Below, one piece after another: positions 36,547 to 49,206 of a stretch of 64,000 bases of DNA; position 1 is the stretch's first letter; every line of letters starts with the position of its first letter. The DNA comes from Entomortierella parvispora E1425 (taxonomy: Eukaryota; Fungi; Mortierellomycota), in NCBI GenBank assembly GCA_020891255.1, contig BQFW01000013.1, positions 434,001 through 498,000 on the forward strand. The letters run 5' to 3'. A program made the translations under genes and the position numbers. Under the pieces are notes generated by a model. That model saw only the letters and a list, made by a program, of their open reading frames with translations, did not search any database and was not told where the DNA came from.

Positions 36547-36797
36547 TGTGCAGGTTGGTGAGATGGAGAGAAGAGAGGAAATGAAGAGATTTGGACGATT
36601 GTTGAGAACAAGACGATGCACCTTTGACCGAGTAAACCCCTTATGCTCGTGCTGTCCCAGTGGGGCAGATTTCCCCCTTTGGCCACAGTGCTCTCATCAT
36701 ACCACGTCTTTGCCCTTCTCTCTCTCTTTCTTTTCTTTTCTTTTCTTCTTCTTCTTTCCATCCATCCATCCCTTCATTCATCTTCCATCCACTCACA

Positions 36798-38649
36798 ATG
36801 TACCCGGGCCAGTATTCTCAGCAGCAGCACCACCAGCAGCAACAGCATCACCACCACCACCAGCAGACTGTCTTCCACCAAGAACACCATTACCAACAGC
36901 AAGGCGGCTACGCACCTCCTCCTGGTCCTCCACCCCCACAAGGTTATCCCTATGGTGCTTCGCCCTACCCACCTCCAGTCCAAGGTGGATACTATGGCCC
37001 TCCTCCTGGTCAACCCAACTATCCTCCACCAACCTCCTCCCCTTACGGCTACCCTCCTCCCGGTCAAGCTCCACCTCCCGAGCACCAACAACAATACTAT
37101 GCTCCACCTTCACAGTCGATCCCTGAGCACCTAGTAAGTCGCCCTTGCTGTCCTGCACATGTGCAAAGAGATGAGCGGACTCCTCCAAGGACCAGAGGGA
37201 AGAGAAAACCCTCCCGTTCTTTGTTACCCCTGGATTTCGAATCCGGCTTGTTTGGAGAAAGACCGGTAAAGAGTCGTGCTTGAATCTAATTTTTTTTTTT
37301 TTTTTTTGTCAAAAAATAGATTGCGCCTCAGAACGTGCCGCCTCCTCCCACTGGGTGGGCGGTTCGTCAAAGCCCTGACAGAGTGCCGCCGACCGACTTT
37401 CAATTGTCAAACTGTCAAGGACGAAAGCGAGCCTTGTTCATCGGCATCAACTATTTTTCGCAGCAAAATGAATTGCGCGGCTGCATCAACGATGTGAAGA
37501 ACATCAAGACGTTTGTCACTCGCAATTTCGGATTCAAGGAGGAGGATACCATTACGTTGACTGACGATCAAGAGGATCCCAGCCGCATTCCCACCCACTC
37601 CAACATCCTTGCGGCGATGCAATGGCTTGTACGGGATGCTCAACCCAACGATTCGTTCTTCTTCCACTACAGTGGACATGGAGGTCAGACGGAAGATCTG
37701 GACGGGGACGAGGATGATGGCTATGATGAAACCATCTACCCTGTGGATCATGAACAGTCTGGAGTGATCATTGACGATGAAATGCACGATATTCTGATCC
37801 GACCCTTGCCCGCTGGATGTCGTCTGACTGCCATTATGGACTGCTGTCATTCTGGATCAGCATTGGATCTCCCTTACATCTACAGCACAACAGGCAATCT
37901 CAAAGAGGCTAATATCATGGCGGATGTTGGCACAGGCATGTTGACAGCCGGTATGGCCTACATGAAGGGTGATATGGGCGGTGTGCTTAGAGGACTGGGA
38001 GGTCTGGGCAAAAAGCTGATGGCACCCAAGCGAGACAAGGCCATCGAGAAGAAGGCCAGCCCTGCAGATTGCATCATGTTCAGCGGGTATGTACCTTATT
38101 ACCTTTGGTGTTTTGGACAAGAGCATTCTTTTTTTTTCTTTTTTTCTTTGATGATTCTGAGCCCAATTACCGACGATCTTCAGAAAAAAATCATACATGA
38201 ACCATATTTCATCCATCATTGTCGTTCTAACACCATTTTCCTTTTAACCCACCACAATAGTTGCAAGGACACTCAGACATCGGCTGATACTCAGGAACAA
38301 GGGTTCGGAATGACAGGTGCAATGACCTTTTCGTTTATTACGGCGTAAGTTGAACAGCCCCTCCTGTCCATGTTTTCTTGAATTCTACCCATCCCTCGGA
38401 ATGCGTCTTGTGTAACACCAGGACCATTGTTTGCCTGGGATAAAGAGGCTGGACGGATCATTGTTGTTGCATCTCTCACGCATTTTTTTTCTTGTTTTCT
38501 ATCTCTCTCATAGATTGACCGCCAATCCTCATCAGAGTTACCTGCAATTGTTGAACAGCATTCGCGAGATTTTGCGGTCAAAATACGAACAAAAGCCTCA
38601 GCTCAGTTCAAGCCATCCTGTGGATCTGAGTCTTCTCTTCACCATGTAA
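36798..38649 (+). CDS. MCA1: Type I metacaspase with Gln/His/Pro-rich N-terminus; exons 36798-37133, 37320-38085, 38261-38345 and about 38513-38649
   Basis: [28 protein letters not shown] (His), DCCHSGS (Cys), FSG|CKDTQTSAD and [10 protein letters not shown]. Confidence 0.95.
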
Positions 38650-38775
38650 ATACCCAATCCTCCACCCGGATCGTGGCATCACTTTTAATGTCACTCAGAC
38701 AGCATCAGATATCACGATCAAAGGCCAAAGTTTTATTTTGTAAAAGTCAGTGCAATAAAAATGGGCAGACACATT

Positions 38776-41700
38776 CTAACGGTCTTGTTGGAACTGCCTG
38801 TACAGCTCTGGCACAACGACATTTTCTCCGCTAACACGACTTTGCACGGAAAGCGCCATTTTTTGTATGTTTTGCTGAATGTCCTCCAGGTGAACTTTTC
38901 CTGCAGAGATATCCCTGCGGAGGGACAATACAGCCGATTCTCTATAGGAGTGACAGGTGCCAGACGTCAGAATTCGATTTCATAATAGGAATGCTTAAGT
39001 TAACACAAAGTTTTTTTTCCGCATGTGTTTCCAATATTCTTACCTAAAGAGTGCCTCCAAGTCCGCAGGCGAGAACCCGACGGTTGCTTTTGCAACGCTC
39101 TGCAGATGGTCCTCATCCAAAGCCAATGGAATCCTTTGAGCGATAGTCTCAATGATCTCGCGGCGGTCCTGCAGGTCTGGGTAGCCCAAATAAATGAGCT
39201 GGTCCAATCGACCAGGTCGCAGAAGCGCATCGTCCATGGCTCCCGGTCGATTCGTGCAGCCAATGACAAAGACGTCCGTTCGCTCTTCAACGCCATCCAT
39301 CTCGTTCAGTAGGGTGCTCAGAACGCGCTCGTTGACACCATTGGATTCACCACCGCCACCCTCCCCGCCCCATCCTCGCTTAGAGCCGATCGAATCCATC
39401 TCGTCAAAAAAGATGACACACGGCGCAATCTGGCGCGCCATAGCAAAGATACGACGCAACTTGGCTTCAGTCTCGCCAAGATACTTGGAGAATATTTCAG
39501 GACCTTTGATGGGGATAAAGTTCATGCTGGATGCAGAGGCAAGGGCTTGCACAAGCATTGTTTTACCACATCCTGAAATGATCACAAAAGAGGAAAAGTT
39601 GACTGTTTAGTTCATGATCAGCCAACAACAAAAGCAGTATGACAGCGGTTGACCTACCTGAAGGACCATAGAGAAGCAGCCCCATGGGTGGCTTTACACC
39701 CATACGCCTAAAAGTCTCCGGGTTCGACAATGGCCAATGAACAGCCTGATGGACTCTCTTTTTGATTGTACTGTATCCTCCAAATTCACTCCATTTGCGT
39801 CGGTGAACAAGAGACTCAAAATCTGTCTGCTGTGAAGGTTTCGAGTTTTCAACTGCGTAAGCCAAGTCATCCCAGACAACAGATCTGGGAAGGGTATCTT
39901 CAGGACCAGGATGAGTCACGACTGTAGATGAAGTCGCTGAATCTTCAATGGCTGTTGTTGATAATCTTTCGGTCAACGCATCCAGATCCTGTTCCACAGA
40001 CCTAGGTTCTGTTTCAGCTTGGCTAGGCCTTGTTCGCAAGCCATGCAACAAAGCAGACCTGTAAAGATTCCGGAGATCTCGGGCAACATACCCAGATGTG
40101 ATCTATGAAGCGGATCAAATTATTAGCACCGAAAATATACACAAATCGGGTTTAGACAGAGTACCATGTCTCCATGTTTCGTTACCTGTGAGGCTTCCGA
40201 TGCAAGAGGTTTACTCTTACTGTCAGATCCTGTAAATGATTCAAGGATCTTCTGCCGTTGAACACTAGAGTCATAGAATGGTGGTATTGGTAAATGCAAT
40301 ATGAGAAAGAAAGAAAAAGAAAAAACCAGGACATCGAGGGTGGGTGTACGAGTGCTTACCGATCCGGGATGGAGATGGGAAATTCGTGTTGGAACAAATC
40401 AGGTCTTGTAAAGACCTCTGGGAGCTGTACTCGATTTCTTGAGATTCCAAAAACAAAGACCTATACAGGATCAAACGAATATTGGTCAAAGACCTGACAA
40501 CACTAATAGAGCCCACCATGAGCCTTCCTTTCCATTTGTCTTACATCCTTGGCATTTCGAGACCGTTCCATTTCCTTGATCAATATAGATATTGTTGACG
40601 ATCGCATTTGCGAGTCGATCTGTCGATCTACAATATGAATCGTTCATCGTCAGTTTTGAGCTTCATCTTCTAGCTGACCCTATATCCCTGTCCCGTTAAT
40701 ATCTCATGATCCTCCCGCGAGAGAGACGAGCCTCACCTTTTGCAATCACGTCCAAATCCTCCAAAATGATGGCACTGGGTGAACATTGAAGAGCCATATC
40801 GAAAACCGCCTTGATGTAACTGAGCCCTGCCGCCTGATCAGACTCCATAATCTCTTTTTGCGAAAGAGTGCGAGCTAGAGAGAGGGGAAACACTCTCAGT
40901 CCAAGGAGCTTGCAGCTTGACCTATGAAATCAATAGCAAGATTGATTAATGACCCATGGAAGGAAACGTGCAAATAGTGTACAAATTGAACATCGAGATT
41001 TACCGAACAAGAGTCTTTTTCCCTGATCCTGCAACACCTGTGACTATAGCAGCCTTTTTGTTGGGAATGTTCAGTCTCTTGTAGGCTTCACCACGGCTGA
41101 AAGAATCGGCTATATGGTATCAAGCAAGTTCATGTATAAGTCCCTCTTCCGCTTAGACGAGATATCTCTATCATCCGTTTGACCCGATTGAAAGGCGCAA
41201 AGATGAGGTGCTTACCAACAAACTGAGCAACTTCTTTAACCAAGCCGCTTTCTTTCTCTGATCCTCTGCCAAACTTGTTGGACAAAGGCTCTAGAACGAG
41301 CTGCACATTTGTCCTCTCAGAGATAATCCCAAGTCCAGTCTTATCCTGATCTTCAAAATAAAGCTCATGGACTCGGTACAGGGCGTCTCGCGCCTTGATT
41401 CGAACCTGAAGAATAGATCCAGCACTGACGAGCTGATCACTAAGCTTGTGCCGCACAACACGTTCAATCCTATGAGAAGTCCTGACGCCTTCAAGTTCGC
41501 GATCTTGCTCCCGGGTTGGAGGGTGCCAGCCCACGGGATCCTGCACATGATCCGTGTTCACAAACGGTGTAAGAACTAACATTTTGACAAACGCCACTGG
41601 AATATTTAAGAAGGACAGGAGTGAGAAGTCCGTTCTGCATTCATGACCCTTGGCAGATGAACCCGACTTACGGTCACTGTCGACGCCTATTGTTTCGACA

Positions 41701-41951
41701 GACACTTTTTGAACTGCGGCCGCGTGCTGTTCGACCCAGCTCGGTAGCACAATAGAGCTTTCAGGGACATCTTCGGTTGGTATGCAGCGTATATGGACGT
41801 GGCCTCCCTCGAAAAGAGTCTTGTCAGAAAGGATGATCTGGCCCAACGCGGGCACCTGCAGCCCCTGGAGAGTAACGGGGTGGACACGAGCATAGCGCCC
41901 GCTGTCATTGTCAGAATGAGCTGAAGGTGGATGGATGACCAAGAGCTCCAT
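38776..41951 (-). CDS. Double-AAA ATPase of the AFG2/SPATA5/CDC48 clade with degenerate first AAA module, about 9 exons
   Basis: D2 is canonical: GLLLYGPSG|CGKT, IKGPEIFSKYLGE, IFFDEMD, TNRPGAMDDALLRPGRLD. D1 is GVAGSGKKT and IILEDLD. The N-terminus resembles the CDC48 double-psi barrel. Confidence 0.85.
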
Positions 41952-42253
41952 GTTGATTGCTGTGTGATTTCCCTGGCCTTGTCCTGATTCCTTGATAGTT
42001 CCTGGTGGAATGAAGAAAGCAATGTGGGACCCTTTTCCTTTTTTTTTTTTTCTCTCGCTTTGTTTGTTCTGCAGTCACGCATTGCTCTTCAGTCGGGCGG
42101 AGCACTTTGTGTCTTTTTGTCTTTCAGGACTTCCTTGGCTTGCGCTGTGTCGATGTTCTCTCCTCTTCCTTCTTTCCATTCTCTTGCATCCATTCATCCA
42201 TCCATCTTTGTGCGGACCAATCTCAGGACAGCGACATTCAGAACAGCAGCAGC

Positions 42254-44240
42254 ATGGCTCGGATGACCATTCGATCCCGCGAGGCGCCCATGGACTGGGA
42301 ACGCGAAAATGAGAGGGATCACCCAAACATCTTTTCCAATCAGCAGCCTTCGCCTCTTCAGTCTGAATCTCTATCCTCCACTCCAGCACCCATGCTCTCA
42401 CAACAATCCACTTTTGGCTCGTTTAGTTTACCCTCGGGTCAAATGCAGCGTGATTCCAGCTTTACATCGCAATCCAGTCGTAAGCCAAAGCATACACAAC
42501 AAGTTCGCAGGGCACCAGACGTGGTTTTTACTAATGTCTTCTTCTGTGTCCTCCAACAGAGGCCTCGTTCACCTCGGGGTGGAACTCTCCTGCATCAAAA
42601 CCGTTCAGTAGGGACTCTCAATTACCGGCTACCGGTCTCCTGGATCCCACGAATGTCACCAAACACGGATCTGGCTTCTCCCTCTCTCGAGAAAGTTCGT
42701 TTGCTCGGCCACATTCTCCATCGTCCCCCTCGGCAAATGATGGAGCAGCAGCAGCAGCGGGATTTGGCGCTCTTCCTTCCCTCTCGAAGTCCACCTCCAG
42801 AGGATCGCCATCAGCTTTCCCAATACACGACAAAAAGACGAGTTTTGACATGGGATCGTTACGCAAAGGTGTACAGCCGCAGGAGCAAGATAGTTTGCAG
42901 TCCGTTCGCTCTGGCCGTGCTGGCAGCGCATTACACAGGAAATCCACGATGCTTACGACAGGATCAAGCTCTGATGAGGATATGGGACGGGATGAAGATG
43001 AAGACGAGGCAATGGAAGTTGATGACCAGGATTCCTTTGACAATCGTGGATCCTATCGCGATGATGGTCTATACGAGAAGAGGACCAGCCGAGGCTTGAG
43101 AAATAGAGTAAGTCTGGTTACTCCTGTCAGCGTTCACCATGAAACTTTGTCCTCATTGCCTCAGCTATTGAATACCTTCTCTCTTGCTCTCACTGTTCAT
43201 GTCCTTTTAGAATTGGGAGAGCATCGACAACAGGGTGACGAGACGAACGGGTCGTTACCAAAGCCCTGCAACAAAGAAGACTTTGGTATCTAAGAATGAG
43301 CGCGGCTGGACTGAAAACGTAGATCTTCCATATATTATTGCAGGGTAAGTCAACTTATGGCATGCTCGATGAATTCGATCTGTGATAGCAGGAAGAAAAT
43401 ACACGTCATTCTAACCTATTTTAATAGATATGTGCAAGTGGGGATGAACTCTGCGGCGGCTATGGCTTTGTTTTATATCCTCTGGAACTTTTTTGTCACG
43501 ATCCAAAGCGATGTCAGCTCTAGGATGGAGAGTCTTCTGGAGGGCGAGCGAAGACGTATCCAGCAATGCGAAATCGACTATAAGCGGTATAACTGTATCG
43601 AACCTCTGCCGTTGACCTTTGCCAACTGTGAACGCTGGAAGGCCTGCATGCACATGCCAGAGCCAAGAATTGGAAGGTGAGAATTCGTGCTCTGCTTTCA
43701 GCTCTTGCATTGTACTCGAGGAAGCTAATCATTTTTCTGGAAAACTCAAACAATAACAGGGCAACTGTGTCGGCCGAGACATTTGCCATGATTGTCAACT
43801 CGTTCGTCAATACAATCTCATACAAGACAATGGTAAGAAGCCCCCCGGCTCTAATTTTTATCATGCAACAGCCGATTGTGGTGTTAATTTGTGTCAACTC
43901 TTTTCCCTCCCTGTATGCAACTTAGGCATTTGTCATGGTTTTGGTATTTGGAGGATTATATATTTCCAATCTTGCCATCTCCTCTTATCGTTCAAATCAC
44001 ATCCTTCACCACCAGCACACTATCGTCCCGCCTTCACTACCGCAACAAGATTTAGCTGCCAACCGGAACGTCTCTGGCCGCTTGAACTCGCGCGAGGAAT
44101 CTAGCCGGCTCATCAGGGACCATCAGCAGCCTCAACAGCTACTTCCGAATGGGCAGCAGTCGTATAGTTTACAGCGCCATGGATCCTTAAATGCTCGACG
44201 ACCTACTTTTTTATCAAATTACTCAGATGACGATACCTAA
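42254..44240 (+). CDS. BRL1: Nuclear envelope protein Brl1/Brr6 family
   Basis: Disordered Ser/Pro-rich N-half, then TM helix (AMALFYILWNFF), four-Cys luminal motif QQCEIDYKRYNCIEP...CERWKACM, ATVSAETFAMIVNSFVNTISYKTM and a second TM. Confidence 0.85.
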
Positions 44241-44628
44241 AATAAATTATATACCAGTTTACAAGACCATTGCTTTTATTTATGGGTTATGGATTCAATG
44301 CATGAGTGCTACGAGTTAAATGATGCGATAACGGGCACAGTATATTTTTTTCTCCAGATCTCTTGTCAGGTACCGCCTCTGTTGGTCCTTAAGTTAGAGA
44401 GAAGGAGTGCGGGGGGTATCTCTTCGGACCACAGTATCCACATCGACATGTGGGGTGCAAACGCGACCATAATGACCGCACAGGCCAATCGAAGCAAACG
44501 AATGCATGACCTAAGCCACCCATGCAGTCAAACGCTGCTCCACTTTTCGAGGATCGCTGCCTCTTGCTCTCCTCTCCCCGCACACGTTCACGCTGCCCTC
44601 TTTACTTTTACTCTTGAGCACTGCCATC

Positions 44629-47600
44629 ATGGACTATCATCTGCACGCAGTTCCTGTATTGGAGCAGGATCGAGATTCAGATAGCGGATTTTCTCATAGC
44701 ACTTTGGTGGATGCTGAGGTTCCAGTGTTGTCATCGGATGCCACCTTCCCGTCTTCACGATCATCAGACGTAACTGCTACCATACAGTCACTTCGAGAAC
44801 GCTTCATCTGCACTCATACTCTTTCCAAGACCGCACGCAAAAGACACGAGCAGGTAGAACCACGTTTTTTGGTGGCGTTCCATCTTGATAGTCTACTTCT
44901 TGAAAAACAAGGACAAATACGGAGCTAATATTCTGGACTCTTCAATGCACAATAGACTCGAGATCACCCAGACCGCATCCATCCTGCAGACAAACATGTT
45001 CTTCCTCCAGATCCGGAGAGCCTTCCTCTCCAGGAACAAATTCGGATGTGTAAGCCATGCCTGATTGCCAATTACTAGATACCGGGTCTGGATACCTAAT
45101 GCTTTCTCTTGTAGATATCACGATGTATCATATGGCAGACATACGTCGAGCTTTGGCCGACTCTGTGAAAGACAAGATTGAGGTATGCAACCTTGAGATC
45201 GCAATGGCTCTGGAATGAAAAGATTAAAAAAAGCTAACCTTTTCAATTGCCACAGACTGGAGCTACCATTCCAAAATACGTGATTCGTGTACAAGTCGAC
45301 CCAGTCATCCTTCTGGAAACATGCTCAAGTCTAGGCAACCAAGTTTTGGATGATATTGGCTCAGTAGAACCCGAGTTCCATATGATCTGCTGCCAACTGC
45401 TTCAGTTTTTTCTTGGTCAAGAGAGCATTCTGCTTTACGAGCAGGTGCGACTAAGTTTGCGACTGTCCTATCTGCCCACTGCAGCTCAAGAGTAAGATCA
45501 TTTGCACAAATGGTGGAATTCCTGTGTATGCCAGGTACCGGTACCTGTACTAAGTTTTTCATGTGGTTGTTCTGATAGCTGCTTCCTTCCGTCAATCTCT
45601 GCCGCACTGACTGTGACACGGGAAGATCGTGCAAACAATACATTTGTGTCGTTCACGGGGAGAGTAGCAAGCACATCCCTCTCTGAATATGTGATGTAAG
45701 ATTAAAGTCTCCTGCAGGAAGAAATATCAGAAGGTGGCCATTAACGATGCGTATCTTTCATGCACTTCTGCAATAGATACTCACAAACCTTTATATGTAC
45801 CAACTCTCGCTGCAACAATCACGACTATCTTCATCATCGTCCAAGAGCATCCAGTTGCCGTGTCATCAAACGTACAGAAGATGGGGGCTTCATGGAGACA
45901 GGAACGAAGTACGACTGCCGAGTCATCCAATACCGTGGGATTGCTTTGAAGCTCAATGCTAATAACAGCTAGCCAATTGAAATTTAGCGCGACTCTTCTC
46001 AAGATTGATCTCAATTGCAGTCATTGCGGACAGGAGATGCCAGAGAGTGTTTTGGATCGGGTTTATATGAGTAAAGTCAGGTATTGCGATCACGCGTCAA
46101 TCAAGCATTCTTCGCTTGCTCTAACATAACGTTCCTTTTGGTAGAGGAGCAAAAACTGGAAGTTGTCTGCGACAATGGTGTGGAGCAGAGCGGCTGTTTT
46201 ATCCACCAACTTCCCATTGTGTTGCAAGGTATCATTTGAAGTTTGATAGATCGAGCCTGCGAAAGAAGACCACTCACTGATAGCTTGCGTTTTTTTCTTG
46301 TTGGGCAGATGATCTTGCGAATAGAGTGTCCTTGGGCGAGCAAGTTCGGATCATTGGCAGACTTTACCGCAGCGTCCCTAAAAGCACAGCCAACTGCTAT
46401 CATCATGGGGTGAAAGTCGAGGTTAACAACATTTGGCGACTTGATCAGCCGCCGTCAACAGTACCGCCTCTCTTTGTCCAGTTACTTCGGCGTCAAACCT
46501 CTGGATGGAACATGAGTCAGGCCATAGTCGACTTAATAGGTAAGAACGAACAAGAAAGTGACCGTAAGGTTCGCAAACGTAGAGGCTAACCTGGCACCAA
46601 AGATCACATCGTACCAGTAGAGATCTACAGGAAACTGAAGCTGGCCCTCCTGCTAAGGTAAGGCGGCTTCGACTTTTTTTTTTTATTTTTTTTGCAATTC
46701 TTTTAACATCATCTTGTAGTGCTGTTTCCATAGCAGATGTGGACAGAGGACTCCTTGACAACACTCAAGAGAAACCGCGGTCAATACGTACTTGGCTCCA
46801 CGTTTTGGTGACCAGGGATTGCCACGATACCGTGGTTCCTGCATTGCTTTCAAATCTGGCTGCCACGAAAAAGTGAGTGCCCATTCAAGTGAATCCTATT
46901 TATGAACCGATGATCAATTAACCTCGTATGTAAGTCATATTTTTTGGGATCATGGAGAGTTGGTTAGACGCAAGCCGCTCTTTGTAGTTAACCCTCCTAC
47001 CAAAGCCTCTTGTGGAGAGATTCAAGGTGAGCTAGTCTTGGACAAAGAGTCGTATGACATCGGCTCTTGATTGATTTGTTAAAAGAGAATACATGTTTCC
47101 TTCAAAGCCAGTGCACTGCACAAAGCCCGAAATGGAGTCGTTCTGTTCGAACTTGATCAATTGGATGGCAACAGTCGAGCGCACATATCCGACAGTTAAG
47201 TCCCTATTAGCTTTTAAAGATCATTTGCGGCGAGCTGAGGAGACTCACGCATCTTGTTGTTTCACAATAGTATTGGCGGCAGCATATGGACACGATGTTC
47301 GCGTGCAAAGAGAAGATGCAATCCAGGGTTTGGATATGTCCTGTTGCTGTTGGTCAACATTCACTCAGATTGTTTCCCATAAACCATCCCTGTCGTCTCG
47401 AGAAGCTCTCAAGGAAGAACGCCAGTATCGGCCAGCTCAAAGAGTACCACTTCACGAGTAAGGTCTACACGAGGTTGGGAGATGGTCAATGAATCGAGCA
47501 TTTAAACTTAGATTGATTTCCAGAATGTTTGACCTTGTCGTGGTGCAGAATGAAGAGCAAGGCGCTTCAGATGTCGCGAACGTAATTGCACGGCAAAGTC

Positions 47601-48714
47601 TTGTCAGACATCAGGAAGATCCATCCAACCGCGTTGGACGAAATCTCTCGTTGGATGATCTTTCAGCGGTAAATGAAAGTTTTTGTGGTCATGTTTACTC
47701 GGACAATGGGTTGCATGTTCACTTGATCTCACCATCATTCCAGTATATACGAGCTGCTTCTTGTATCAATGTCAGGTAAGCATGGCCTTTTCATTGTTTT
47801 ATTGACGTGGTCGCGAGTAAGAATATTTCTGATGGACCTTTTCTCTTGCAGGCTCTCGACCGAGTGCACCGATTTGCTCCATTCTTACTTTCGAATCATG
47901 AGGAGTAAAGGAACTGGACTTGATGCGAACGAGATTTCGAGCGTGAATATCATGTCCTCTCTCTTGAACATCGCCAGTTGCCACGCAAAGGTACTCCTGC
48001 AAAGTGGCTTAAAAACAACGTGGGAACCAGCACTGACGTGTCGCCTGTTATATGGTAGCTCTGCTTTCGAAACGTCGCGAATACGAGTGATGCCCTTGTT
48101 GGGTAAGCTTTCAAATGCCTGGTCCCCACAGGTATGTAGTATGGGATGTGGGCTGACTCGTTCACACAAAAGCATTATGATGATGGAAGAGACCATGGCG
48201 GCCCGTTTCGGTAAGTGCATACGTTTGTTCCACCTGGACATTACTTTGATGGGCATCTGCCATTTCCTCTGACTCCGTCTGAGAGCGCAGGAGTATCGCG
48301 CCTGGGGTTCGTTCCTCTAATGGACGGCAAGGAAAATATTACAAGACTCTATGGCCGACCCAACCAAACGAATGATTTCAGCTTGGATCCGGGCAGTCTA
48401 CTGCATTCGCCTATCAGCGATCAGGTTAGGACCCTTGTTCTGAATTTCTGACAGCAACAATGTCCTGCTGCACACTGCTTACAAGGGTCCATTGGTTGTG
48501 ACAGATATTTGACATGGGAGTAGATCCGTCAGCAGACGCTACGTCTATTGAAGAGGAGCGCGACTACATCATGGATCGTTTGTAAGTGCTTAAAGCCATT
48601 GCTTTGATACTCATGATCAACAGCTCATCGGTCTCCTTTTCTACCTACGGGGACTTTAGCCACAACCACCTATGCCGAGTCATCCGCGAGAACATCGACA
48701 GCAGCAACCCATGA
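44629..48714 (+). CDS. MCM-family protein with degenerate ATPase motifs (MCMDC2-like), about 20 exons
   Basis: OB/Zn region SFTGRVAS..FICTNSRC..LNCSHC..QKLEV..LQ|DDLANRVSLGEQVRIIG; IYRKLKLALLL; EIQ|ASALHKARNGVVLFELDQL; ISRMFDLVV; YIRAAS..LSTECTDLLHSYF..SLLNIASCHAK|LCFRN..DALVGIMMMEE. Confidence 0.75.
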
Positions 48715-49206
48715 TCCAATTGAAAGCAGAGACAACTTTTTTTTTTCATTTTTTTTTTTCAACCGATATTCTCATTTATTGCAAACGATGACAAATGATT
48801 ACACTAGCAATTGATCGTGACCAACGGCAGAAAGGGGGGCGGTATCTTTATCAACAAGAAAAGGAAAGGGAACAAAGATTAGTTTTCTTTTCACAATTGT
48901 CTTTTCGCGAGATTGGTTCGAGGTTGGACGAGAATGCATCAGAGTAAAAAAAAGAATAATCCACATCATATATTGAGAGTAGCGATTCATAATGCTCATC
49001 TTCTGCGAGAGAGAACGGTTGGAAGGTGGGAAAAGGAGACTGTGAAAGGTATTCATGGATGAGGTACTTACAATGAAGCTGGGGAAGAGGTGAAGAGAAA
49101 AGAGATCGCTGCACCCATCGAATTTTATAGCCGGAAAAAAAACAAACAAATGGATGCTCAATTAAGGGGCTCAGTGGACGAGACACCGCCACCAATGGCG
49201 ATTGCT

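Noticed and set aside
44850-45049. Alternative GC donor at 44850 in the MCMDC2-like gene, giving the LEITQTASILQ frame
   Set aside because: That frame reaches a stop in the next exon, while the GT donor at 44854 keeps the frame open
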